A stretch of 16,898 bases of DNA from Bdellovibrionia bacterium (lineage in GTDB: Bacteria > Bdellovibrionota > UBA1018). The notes beneath the pieces were generated by a model. It was not told the origin of the DNA, did not search any database, and saw only the letters and a program-made list of their open reading frames with translations. This document shows positions 8,106 through 16,851 of this stretch, one piece after another. A program made the translations under genes and the position numbers. The number at the start of each line of letters is the position of its first letter. Positions within the stretch are counted from its first letter, which is position 1. The stretch spans positions 1 through 16,898 of the forward strand of contig JBJMMA010000236.1 in assembly GCA_045805065.1 (NCBI GenBank). Direction: 5' to 3'.

Positions 8106-10108
8106 GCGAGCTCTATGTACGCGATGGAAGATTTGATGTCGCGATCGTCGCTGCACCTGGCATTGAGCTTTGGCCATCGACCGGAGTGCGCGAGATCGCC
8201 GCTCTTTGCGCCCATATGGGCATCAGTGTCGGTCTTTTTGGCGGTGATGATCTTCGCGTGCGAGGCGTGATTCCCGCTGCCGGCACCGGCGGTACAATTA
8301 TCATCGAGGACGCGCAAAAAAGAATTCACCGAATTGAGGCGCGAGCCATTGTGCGCATCAGTCCCGTGCCTGAGCTTTGCGATCCATTTCCAGGATGGCG
8401 CTCGGCAGGATTTATTCCCTTATCAACTGCGGTCCATCTCAAACGTGCAAGCGAACTGCAATGGGATCCTTGCACAGTGGTTTTAGGTACCGGAAATCGC
8501 GCGCTTCGTTTTGCCACGGAGCTTCTGCAATCGGGAACGAGAGAAGTCTATTGCGTTGAAACATACGCACAATGGGGTGCAAAGCGTTTTGCAGGCTGGG
8601 AAGTGGAGCGTCGTCGTTTTGAGATGGCTGGGGGAAAGCTCATTGAAGCGCGTCCTGTTCGGCTGACTCAAAAAGCTGCCATGCTCTGGGAGCTCAGGCT
8701 TCAGGATACGCAGGGCATTCGACTCCTTGAAGTTGCACGTGTGGTCTCAGCAGGCCCGTTTCAGAGTCGATTGGGAACGCGTGAGCATCCTCCAGGATCA
8801 CTTCTTTTTGAGCTCGATCAAACCGCGGGAAACACCCCGGTCGATGATGTTGAAGGTTGGCAATTTGAGAAAGAGCGCGCCAGGCTTCTTGCTGTAAAGA
8901 TTGTACGCTCTCTTTTGACCGAGCTTGGATCCCGGCGCGATGAGCTCGAGCAAATTCAGCGTCGCGCCCGGGGCAGGCTGAAGCGCTACGCTCGGCACCA
9001 AAGCGAGCCTTTTACGCCGTCCTGGCAGGGTAAGTGGATGAGTGGCGGCGACGCTCGCAGGCTTCGAAACTTCAGCGGTGTCCCTCAAGGCGGACAGAAG
9101 CTCAAACCTCTGGCATCCGTGGAGTGCCTGGAAGAGATTGCTTGCCAGGTCTGCCAGACTGTATGTCCCACGCAAGCCATTCAGATTTCTCCTCGTCCCG
9201 AGGAGCCGGGTCGCGTCCTTTCAGAAGATCTTTGTACCGCCTGCGGCATGTGCGTAAAAGCGTGCCCAAGCGAGGCGATTTCAATCATCGAGGAAAAAGA
9301 AGACCGCACTTTCTCGCTTTTGACTCTTCCCTGGAAAGGGAAGCAGCTTTGGAGAGAGGGCGAGTTCGCCATTCTTCTGAATCGCCGCGGGGATTCGCTG
9401 GGATCCGCGCGCGTGAAAGTAGTCCTGCCCGAATCCTCAGAGCAAGTGCAGCTTGTTCAGCTTGAAGTGCCATCGCATCTTCTTTGGGAAGCCCGGGGTC
9501 TGAGAAAACCTAAAGCCGAGGCAGTCGAGGATGAGGCGTTCTTCAGAGCTATCGAGCACTCGCAAGCTTCCGAATCCAAAGTCGAGATCACCGTCAATGG
9601 CGAAAAGCGTCTCGTGCGGGATCAGATTCCGGTGAGCATCGCGCTCTTTGAAACAGGTCAGAATCGCCCCGCGGACGCGCTCTTTTGCAAAGATGGAAGC
9701 TGCGGGCTCTGTGACGTCACGATTGATGGAAACAAAAAGCAGGCCTGCCAGTCTCAGATTCATCGAGGAATGGCACTCAAGCTGGAGAGCTCCAAGAGGG
9801 CATCCGCTCAGGATGCATCCTTTCAAAATGGAATGGGTCAGAATGGATTGGGTCAAAACGAACTGGGTGATTGTTCGCTTTGTCCATGTCTTGGAATATC
9901 GCGCGAGCAGATCACGGATCGCATGAAGCAAGGACATCTGCGCTCGCCTGAAGCGGTGCTCTCGGTCACTCACGTGGGTGAGGGAAAATGCCGTGGTCGC
10001 GTTTGCATGGATCCGTTTCTTCGGGCACTCAGTGAACAAGGAATTGCCACAGACGGCTGGATCGATTGGCGCTTTCCATGGTCTGAGTGGACTTTGGGGC
10101 AAAGTTAG
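8102..10108 (+). CDS. Fused flavoprotein-like / 2x[4Fe-4S] / [2Fe-2S] / BFD-like [2Fe-2S] protein (sarcosine oxidase alpha / HcnAB / proline dehydrogenase-related)
   Basis: 'PFPGW' and 'VVLGTGNRA' in the N-terminal half. Cluster motifs CLEEIACQVCQTVCP, CTACGMCVKACP, CKDGSCGLC...AC and CPC...CRGRVC. ATG 8102 (ATGA overlap with the upstream stop, GGAG at 8091-8094) is preferred over 8075. Confidence 0.82.
   Translation: MSELYVRDGRFDVAIVAAPGIELWPSTGVREIAALCAHMGISVGLFGGDDLRVRGVIPAAGTGGTIIIEDAQKRIHRIEARAIVRISPVPELCDPFPGWRSAGFIPLSTAVHLKRASELQWDPCTVVLGTGNRALRFATELLQSGTREVYCVETYAQWGAKRFAGWEVERRRFEMAGGKLIEARPVRLTQKAAMLWELRLQDTQGIRLLEVARVVSAGPFQSRLGTREHPPGSLLFELDQTAGNTPVDDVEGWQFEKERARLLAVKIVRSLLTELGSRRDELEQIQRRARGRLKRYARHQSEPFTPSWQGKWMSGGDARRLRNFSGVPQGGQKLKPLASVECLEEIACQVCQTVCPTQAIQISPRPEEPGRVLSEDLCTACGMCVKACPSEAISIIEEKEDRTFSLLTLPWKGKQLWREGEFAILLNRRGDSLGSARVKVVLPESSEQVQLVQLEVPSHLLWEARGLRKPKAEAVEDEAFFRAIEHSQASESKVEITVNGEKRLVRDQIPVSIALFETGQNRPADALFCKDGSCGLCDVTIDGNKKQACQSQIHRGMALKLESSKRASAQDASFQNGMGQNGLGQNELGDCSLCPCLGISREQITDRMKQGHLRSPEAVLSVTHVGEGKCRGRVCMDPFLRALSEQGIATDGWIDWRFPWSEWTLGQS
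9824..9868 (+). repeat. In-frame 15-bp imperfect tandem repeat x3 (QNGMG-QNGLG-QNELG)
   Basis: caaaatggaatgggt / cagaatggattgggt / caaaacgaactgggt. Confidence 0.85.
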
Positions 10109-10186
10109 TATCGACAGATTATGGAGCTATTGTGTAGTTCTCCGTGAGCCATCAAGAATGGCATCTGGATTGACGATGCGGCTTCG

Positions 10187-12082
10187 ATGGCAATCGAAAC
10201 GTCTACATCATCCCGTGCAGCGCCTACCGTGAAGCTCAAAACCCTGGTGTTTGTTTTCTCTGGAGTGCTTGCAGTTATTCCGGTTGTGCTTTTTGGACTG
10301 ACACAGTCCATTCATTGGAAAACAAGTCACACGCGGCTTTACGAGCAGAGAGCAATTCATCGAGCTGAATTCATCGCTGAAGAGGCTTCGCAGATGGTGC
10401 TGAGACAAAAGAAAGCCCTGGAAGCGCTGGCGAGATCCATCTCGGACCTTGGTCCTGCGGGCTCGCCAAAACTCCCGCTTCTGTTGAGCAGCTTCAAAGA
10501 AATGTTCTTTTTGCGTTCTCTTTATCTGGTTGATCTGGATGGCTATGAGATTGTTTCGGACAAGAGCGCCAACCGACACTATTTTGGCGACCGGGACTAT
10601 ATCAAGCTTCTGTTGCGAACGCAGGGAACGGTATTTTCGGACGCAATCTTTGGACGGGTCTCAGGAAAGCCCACCGTTCAGATTGCAGTTCCTATTTTTG
10701 ACCGCAAGGGCAAGCTGCAAATGATCTTGAGTTCAGGCTTGAGCTTGTCTGATATGGAGGAAGTCGTATCCCGGCCTTTCACCAATAGCGGTATTGAATT
10801 CGAATATCTGATCCTGGATAAGCAACAGCGCGTGCTGGTCTCATTTGGACTATTTCCAAGAGCACCCCTTTCGCGCCTGGGAAGTCAGCATCCGTTGCAA
10901 CTGATGCCTCGTGGATCAAGCGATGTTTTTCACGGGAAAGATGAGAATGGAAGAGAGCTTCATGGACTTGTCCGATCGATGAGTCAGGATAATCTGGGCT
11001 GGACCGTAGCAGTTCTCTGGCCAAATTCCGTTATCGTGGAGGATGCATGGGCCGCCGCCCGCGAGATGCTGTGGTTCTCGGGCGTCGCTCTGACCATTTC
11101 TTTGATTCTGAGCTACTTTATCGCGCGCGTTCTCATAGGTCCGCTTGCAGAGCTTGTCCGTGCGCTTCTTTCTCTGGGAGAAGATAATCTGGATCAGCCA
11201 ATCCGGCTTTCCCGAAGGCTCATTACTGTAGAGATGGTGGAATTGAAAAACGCCTTTGAGCGGATGAGAGGCCGGCTCTACGATCATACGCTGCATCTTG
11301 AAAAGACCATCACTGACCGGACACGTGAGCTTGAGGCTCAGCGGGCCAAATCTGAGTATGCTGGAAAAATGGCTGCTTTAGGCGAGATGGCCGGTGGCGT
11401 TGCTCATGAGATTAACAATCCACTCGCGATTATCTGCGGAAGCACTGAGTTCATTCAATCCATGATTGCACGCAAAGATGTCGATCAGGCAAAGCTTGGG
11501 CAACTGGTCGATCGAATCCATCACACAGCATTCCGTATCGTCAAGATCGTCAAGGCACTGCGATTTTTCGCTCGTGATGGCTCCAATGCTCCGTTTGAGC
11601 GCGAGAGTTTTCAGGCCATTATCAACGACACACTGGAGTTTTGTCAGGAGAAGTTCCGCAGTCATTCGGTGAATCTGCAATTAGCTCCGATCTCTCCTGA
11701 GCTCAAGATCGATTGCCAGGCCGTCCAGATCTCACAAGTCCTTCTCAATCTTTTACAGAATGCCTTTGATGCCGTTCAGGGACTTGAGACGCGCTGGATC
11801 CGGTTGGAAGTCTTTGAGGCAGAATCCGAGATCAGAATCGTTGTCACGGATAGTGGCACCGGTATACCTGCTGAGCTCAGAAGCAAGATCATGCTGCCAT
11901 TTTTCACGACCAAGGACGTCGGCAAGGGGACTGGGCTCGGGTTAAGTATCTCTCAGGGGATCATTACCCATCATAGGGGAAGTCTGTCTGTGGACGACAC
12001 CTCAGAGAACACATGTTTTGTGGTTCGTTTGCCAAGGATCCAGCCATCGAATCAAGCTTCTCGGTCCACTTGGGCAGCCTGA
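10187..12082 (+). CDS. Membrane sensor histidine kinase (TM-Cache-TM-HAMP-HisKA-HATPase)
   Basis: Two TM segments. Cache-like 'DRDY...[22 protein letters not shown]'. H-box AHEINNPL, N-box [30 protein letters not shown]. Confidence 0.93.
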   Translation: MAIETSTSSRAAPTVKLKTLVFVFSGVLAVIPVVLFGLTQSIHWKTSHTRLYEQRAIHRAEFIAEEASQMVLRQKKALEALARSISDLGPAGSPKLPLLLSSFKEMFFLRSLYLVDLDGYEIVSDKSANRHYFGDRDYIKLLLRTQGTVFSDAIFGRVSGKPTVQIAVPIFDRKGKLQMILSSGLSLSDMEEVVSRPFTNSGIEFEYLILDKQQRVLVSFGLFPRAPLSRLGSQHPLQLMPRGSSDVFHGKDENGRELHGLVRSMSQDNLGWTVAVLWPNSVIVEDAWAAAREMLWFSGVALTISLILSYFIARVLIGPLAELVRALLSLGEDNLDQPIRLSRRLITVEMVELKNAFERMRGRLYDHTLHLEKTITDRTRELEAQRAKSEYAGKMAALGEMAGGVAHEINNPLAIICGSTEFIQSMIARKDVDQAKLGQLVDRIHHTAFRIVKIVKALRFFARDGSNAPFERESFQAIINDTLEFCQEKFRSHSVNLQLAPISPELKIDCQAVQISQVLLNLLQNAFDAVQGLETRWIRLEVFEAESEIRIVVTDSGTGIPAELRSKIMLPFFTTKDVGKGTGLGLSISQGIITHHRGSLSVDDTSENTCFVVRLPRIQPSNQASRSTWAA

Positions 12083-12162
12083 GCGCATGGCTGAATTGTG
12101 GTTTAATTATTGAGTTCTTTAGAATGGTTTAAGAATTTTGGGTGGCCGTCGATATTTAAACC

Positions 12163-14049
12163 ATGTTAGTTGAAAAAGTATTTCAGCGATGGTCTTTCAA
12201 GCCGATTCGGCTTAAGACCTTGATTTTCGTCTCTTCAGCTATTCTCTCTGTCATTCCTGTCTCGCTCTTCGGAATTTCACAGGCCATTCATTGGCGATCC
12301 AAAGTGATTGAGAGCTTCGAGAAAAGAGCCCTCACGCGGGCGGAGCTTATTGGGCATGAGTTCGGTGAAATCATTCAGTCCAAAAGAAAAATTCAGGAAA
12401 CCCTGGCGCAATCCATTGCTGATCTCGGAATTGAGCGCTCGCCAAAATTGGATAGGATCTTTGCTAAGTACAGGTCCCGATTTTTGTATCGATCCCTTTT
12501 CCTGGTGGATGCAAACGGGAACGAGCTGGGTTCCAAATCAGAAAAGGATCGCCACTTTCTTGGAGACGATGCTGATTTCAAAACCATGATCCAAACGGGT
12601 CAGACGGTGATATCGGATGCCATCAGTGGACAGGAATCGTCCGTACCGGTCATGCGGATCTTTGCTCCTATCTATGACGCTCAGGGGAGGGTTCGCCTCG
12701 CCCTGTGCTCAAGCTTTCATATCACGGAACTTCAAAGCTCCATCTATCGCGTGACTCCGGGCGAGCTTGAGCTTGAAGGAATCGTCATGAATAAGCAAAA
12801 GAGGGTGTTGGCTTCGACTGGGCCAGCATCCCGATCTCCCTTGAGCACCCTGGCTTCGTACCATCCACTTCTTTCAGTGTTGAACAACGCCCGTGCAACG
12901 GTGTTTCACGGTGTCGATGAAAGGGGAACAGAGCTGCACGGGGTTTCCAAGCAGATGACGGAGGGATCTTTTGAATGGGTCGTCGCGGTCAGCACGCCGT
13001 ATTCATTGATCATGGCTGATGCAAAAAGTACGGCCATCGCAATGCTCCGCTATTGCGGGATTGCTTTTCTGATTTCTCTGGCCATCGCTTATTTTATCGC
13101 CTCAGGTCTTTCCTTGTCGCTGGGTGAGCTTTCAACGTCGCTTCTTTCGATGGAGCAGAAGAACCTCAATCAGCCGATCCAATTGCGCTATAAGCTGATG
13201 ACCATTGAGATGGCGGATCTCAAGTCCGCGTTTGATCGGATGAGAGCGCGCCTCAGTGAGTACACCCTGAATCTTGAAAAGACTATTGAAGAGCGCACTC
13301 AGCAGCTGGAGGCTCAGCGCGCTCGAAGCGAATATGCAGGCAGGCTGGCAGCGCTTGGAGATCTGGCCGGTAGCGTGGCCCATGAGATCAATAATCCCTT
13401 GATGGTGATTTGCGGCAACACCGAGATGCTTCAGAATTTGTCGGGCTCAGAGAGGATTGATCCTGGCACGGTACAGACGATTGCGGGAAAGATCAACGAG
13501 ACGGCCTTCAAAATCGCTAAGATCGTCAAATCTCTCCGGGCATTTGCTCGGGATGGTTCTCAAGACAAATTTGAGACGGTGAACATTCAAACGATCGTCA
13601 ACGATACGGCCGATTTTCTTCAAAGAAAGTTCCAGAAGGCTTTGATCGATCTGAAAGTGTCGACGCCCTCATTTGAGTGCATGATCGAGTGCCAGGCCGG
13701 TCCGGTCTCCCAGGCCCTGCTCAACATATTGAAGAACGCTTACGATGCGGCACAGGGACAGGAAACAAAATGGGTTCGGATTGAAACGGCTGATTTAGGT
13801 GACGAGATTCAGATCACTGTCACCGATAGCGGCAGCGGAATCTCCGTAGATTTGCGTGACAAGATCATGCGTCCATTGTTTACGACGAAGGGGACGGAAC
13901 AAGGAATGGGGCTGGGCTTAAGCATCTCTGAAAGGATCATCGCTTCTCATCACGGAAAACTGGCCTTGGACGAAAAAGCGCCGAACACGAGCTTTGTCAT
14001 CAGCTTGCCTAAACGTCAGCCCTCAAGTGCTGGGTTGCGAGCTGCTTAG
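12163..14049 (+). CDS. Membrane sensor histidine kinase, paralogue of the upstream kinase
   Basis: Same architecture. [38 protein letters not shown]. Collinear similarity with 10187-12082. Confidence 0.93.
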   Translation: MLVEKVFQRWSFKPIRLKTLIFVSSAILSVIPVSLFGISQAIHWRSKVIESFEKRALTRAELIGHEFGEIIQSKRKIQETLAQSIADLGIERSPKLDRIFAKYRSRFLYRSLFLVDANGNELGSKSEKDRHFLGDDADFKTMIQTGQTVISDAISGQESSVPVMRIFAPIYDAQGRVRLALCSSFHITELQSSIYRVTPGELELEGIVMNKQKRVLASTGPASRSPLSTLASYHPLLSVLNNARATVFHGVDERGTELHGVSKQMTEGSFEWVVAVSTPYSLIMADAKSTAIAMLRYCGIAFLISLAIAYFIASGLSLSLGELSTSLLSMEQKNLNQPIQLRYKLMTIEMADLKSAFDRMRARLSEYTLNLEKTIEERTQQLEAQRARSEYAGRLAALGDLAGSVAHEINNPLMVICGNTEMLQNLSGSERIDPGTVQTIAGKINETAFKIAKIVKSLRAFARDGSQDKFETVNIQTIVNDTADFLQRKFQKALIDLKVSTPSFECMIECQAGPVSQALLNILKNAYDAAQGQETKWVRIETADLGDEIQITVTDSGSGISVDLRDKIMRPLFTTKGTEQGMGLGLSISERIIASHHGKLALDEKAPNTSFVISLPKRQPSSAGLRAA

Positions 14050-15020
14050 GCGTACCCGATCTCGTTCAGGAACTTCTCGATCTTCATGTTCACAAGCTCG
14101 GGAAGGTCCATCTGCGGGCAATGGCTTCCGTGGCGAATCAGCTCAAAGCGACTGCCTGGAATCAGCTGTTGCATGAGCTCTTGTTGCCTGACCGGAATGA
14201 CTTTGTCGTTTTCGCCAGCGATCACAAGCGTTGGAACTTTGATCGTATGCAGCCAGGAAGTCGCATCATAGCGATCATAGCTCTGGATCAGATGAATCAG
14301 GATCGCAGGATCCATGTCGGCGATCTGATCGATGTAGAGCTGGATATCTTCCGCAGGTGTCAGATGTGGATTGAACCCGCCAAATGCCATCGCGGATCGA
14401 ACGAATGGATTTCCCTTCGTTGCTCTCCAGGCAAGTTGCACGAGCTTGGGCGAGCGCTGATAGATTTTTCTCAGCAGCCCGAATCCTGCTTCAAGCGCGT
14501 TGCTGTTCATCAGAGTCTCAAGCGGGCGAGTGGCTGTTCCATTCGCAAGTACCATCGCTGCCACGCGATCCGGATTCTGTCGGTACATCTCGAGTACGAC
14601 GTTTACGCCCATGCTGTGGCCCAGGAAGACGGCATCTTTCACGCCCAGCTCATCGAGCAGCGTTGTGATATCGCGCGCGATGTTTCCCAGCGTGAGGCTA
14701 GAGAGGTCTTTCGGGACTTCAGAGTTTTGATGTCCGCGATAGTCGGTCCAGATCGAGCGATAGCCGCGGCTGAAGTGCTCAATCTGATAGGTCCAATGAA
14801 GGCTCGAGCAAACCAGGCCGTAACAAAAGATCAGCGGCTTGCCTTTTCCTTCGATGCTATAAAAGAGCTTCGTCCCGTCGAAGCTCTTCACATAGCCATG
14901 GCTGATGGATGGATTGAGAAGATCCGCATTCGCTTGTTTGCGAAGCTTTTCGATTTCAGCCAGGGATTTTCTTCGTGCGCCACGAGGGCGAAACAACTTA
15001 GACATGCCTTCCTGAAGCAT
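14046..15020 (-). CDS. Alpha/beta-fold hydrolase
   Basis: 'DYRGH', nucleophile elbow GHSMG, acid in 'GENDKVI', His in 'GSHCPQMD'. Stop overlaps the convergent kinase stop (14046-14049). Start may be ATG 15020 or 15005. Confidence 0.92.
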   Translation of the reverse strand: MLQEGMSKLFRPRGARRKSLAEIEKLRKQANADLLNPSISHGYVKSFDGTKLFYSIEGKGKPLIFCYGLVCSSLHWTYQIEHFSRGYRSIWTDYRGHQNSEVPKDLSSLTLGNIARDITTLLDELGVKDAVFLGHSMGVNVVLEMYRQNPDRVAAMVLANGTATRPLETLMNSNALEAGFGLLRKIYQRSPKLVQLAWRATKGNPFVRSAMAFGGFNPHLTPAEDIQLYIDQIADMDPAILIHLIQSYDRYDATSWLHTIKVPTLVIAGENDKVIPVRQQELMQQLIPGSRFELIRHGSHCPQMDLPELVNMKIEKFLNEIGYA

Positions 15021-15067
15021 AGCAGGGTGGAGAGATCGAAGGAAGGCCCGGGACTGTCGGCTTTAAA

Positions 15068-15517
15068 TTACCTACGCGCAGCTACGTGTAGAAGATTCTC
15101 GCAGACGGATGCAAATTCTTGGCGTGTTTTTGGGTCTGCTTGGCGGTACGCATTATATAGATGACGCATGAAATCGAGATCTTCGCTTTGAACAGGCAAG
15201 ATCGTTCCGGCTGACTTTACGGCTTCGGATCCATCGGCTTTGAAATCCATTCGCGCAAGTCGCCCAGAAAGCTTAAGCGTGTACTCTTGTTCAAGAAGAG
15301 TCATCATCTCAGCTTCGTTGATGCCCAGTGCCTTCGTAAGAGTCGGCACATGGTTCAACGGGAGCGGAGTGACACCACGTTCAAGATTTGAAATGAACTG
15401 CGTTGTCACAGGAGGGCTAAAGAGCATACCCAGTGCCCTTTGTGACAGACCCGCAGCCTCACGGCGTTGGCGAATAAAGTTCCCCACTAACTTCGGACGA
15501 GAGTTGTTATCGAGCAT
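15068..15517 (-). CDS. XRE-family helix-turn-helix regulator
   Basis: 'IRQRREAAGLSQRALG...TTQFISNLERGVTPLP...LTKALGI'. Start is ATG 15517 or TTG 15523. Confidence 0.85.
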   Translation of the reverse strand: MLDNNSRPKLVGNFIRQRREAAGLSQRALGMLFSPPVTTQFISNLERGVTPLPLNHVPTLTKALGINEAEMMTLLEQEYTLKLSGRLARMDFKADGSEAVKSAGTILPVQSEDLDFMRHLYNAYRQADPKTRQEFASVCENLLHVAARR

Positions 15518-15669
15518 ATTCAAAGTTTAATGACTGAAATTAACCCAGTCAACTATTTGTTAAGAAGTTGCAAAGGCCCTAAACTCTTAACATTTTTGGC
15601 AAGGTTTAGGATCGTTTACTAAATTAGTTTATCTTCTAATATCTATTTTTGCCGTTTTGATTCCAGTTT

Positions 15670-15739
15670 TATGACCAGGCGGGGCGGTAGCCGCGCCGAG
15701 ATTATATGACCAGGCGGGGCGGTAGCCGCGCCGAGATTA
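15670..15739. repeat. Perfect 35-bp direct tandem repeat x2 with an internal GC-rich hairpin
   Basis: TATGACCAGGCGGGGCGGTAGCCGCGCCGAGATTA at 15670-15704 and again at 15705-15739, with no spacer. Confidence 0.95.
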
Positions 15740-15795
15740 AATAAAGAAGTATTTGAGCGGTTTTGATATCCCAAGAGGCATATCGGGGGGGGCTT

Positions 15796-16851
15796 ATGCG
15801 CCTAAATTTGCAGAAGATTCTGGTGTCATTCATTCTCTGTGCGCTTACAGTGAACAACGTGAATCCTTCATACGCTGTGGAAGAGGCTGCTCTTCCTGTA
15901 AAATTCCGATCGGAAGTTCTGCCTTATTTTGAGTCCGCTCGAAAAGGAAGCTTCGTTGGGAAAGATGGAGTCTCGATCGCGTGGCGCGCTTTTCCTCCTT
16001 ATAATGGTGGAACCTTCCAAGGCGCAAAAGCCCTCGTGGTGCTGAATGGTCGAAGCGAATTCATGCATAAATATGCAGAGCTTGTTTATGACTTCAGGCA
16101 TTCCGGTTACGCAATTTATTTGATGGATCATCGCGGGCAAGGCGAGTCCGGGCGCATTCTTTCTGAGTCACAAATTGGACATGTGAAGAATTTCCGCGAC
16201 TATGTCGACGATTTAGGAACGTTCATGGATCAGGTTGTGATGAAGGACGGTCCATCCGAAGTCCATGTGCTCGCGCACTCGATGGGCGCAACGGTTGCGA
16301 CGATCTATGCGATGGAGCATCCGACGGCGTTTCGCTCGATGGTTCTCTCAGGTCCCATGTATCTTCCCAATCTTGGTAAATACTCTGAGTGCGTGGCGCT
16401 TGCGATTGGAGGCTTCATGAACTTCATCGGCAAGGGAACGCATCTCGCTCCTGGTCGCACTCTCGACGAGTGGAAGAATCCATTTGAGGTCAATAACGTC
16501 ACTCACAGCCCGAATCGTTTTGGCTACGCGCTTGATCTTCTCCTTGCGCATCCGGATGAAGCAATCGGCGGCCCAACGTATCGCTGGGTTCAGCAAGCGA
16601 TTAAAGGCGGCCGTTGGATCCGCAATAATGCTGAGAAGCTCACAACTCCTGTGCGCATTCTCCAAGTGGGAGATGAGCGAATCGTTGTGCCTCAATACCA
16701 GAACGAAGTCTGCGGCAAGGCGAAGGCTTGCGAGATCCAGCACATTGATGGGTCCAAGCACGAAATCTTGATGGAGATCGATGCTTATCGTAATCGTGCT
16801 TTGTCACTGACGCTGGATTGGATCGAGCGTCACAGTGCTAAGGCGCTTTAG
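15796..16851 (+). CDS. Lysophospholipase L2 (PldB)-like alpha/beta hydrolase with predicted signal peptide
   Basis: 'NGRSEFMHKYAEL', 'DHRGQGESGR', 'GHVKNFRDYVDDL', AHSMG, 'GGPTYRWV', 'KHEILME'. ATG 15796 follows a G-run RBS and opens 'MRLNLQKILVSFILCALTV...SYA'. Confidence 0.88.
   Translation: MRLNLQKILVSFILCALTVNNVNPSYAVEEAALPVKFRSEVLPYFESARKGSFVGKDGVSIAWRAFPPYNGGTFQGAKALVVLNGRSEFMHKYAELVYDFRHSGYAIYLMDHRGQGESGRILSESQIGHVKNFRDYVDDLGTFMDQVVMKDGPSEVHVLAHSMGATVATIYAMEHPTAFRSMVLSGPMYLPNLGKYSECVALAIGGFMNFIGKGTHLAPGRTLDEWKNPFEVNNVTHSPNRFGYALDLLLAHPDEAIGGPTYRWVQQAIKGGRWIRNNAEKLTTPVRILQVGDERIVVPQYQNEVCGKAKACEIQHIDGSKHEILMEIDAYRNRALSLTLDWIERHSAKAL

Noticed and set aside
6879..10108. Calling these genes hcnABC, soxBA or pdhAB
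   Set aside because: The modules are related, but the flavin motifs are degenerate and the domain order differs, so substrate and function cannot be assigned.
14940..15020. Tat signal in the hydrolase N-terminus (ARRKSL)
   Set aside because: No hydrophobic segment follows the twin arginines.
14121..15164. 347-aa ORF antisense to the alpha/beta hydrolase
   Set aside because: Shadow ORF overlapping two well-supported minus-strand genes.
15670..15739. Possible CRISPR array (35-bp palindromic repeat)
   Set aside because: Only two copies, no spacer between them and no cas genes in the window.
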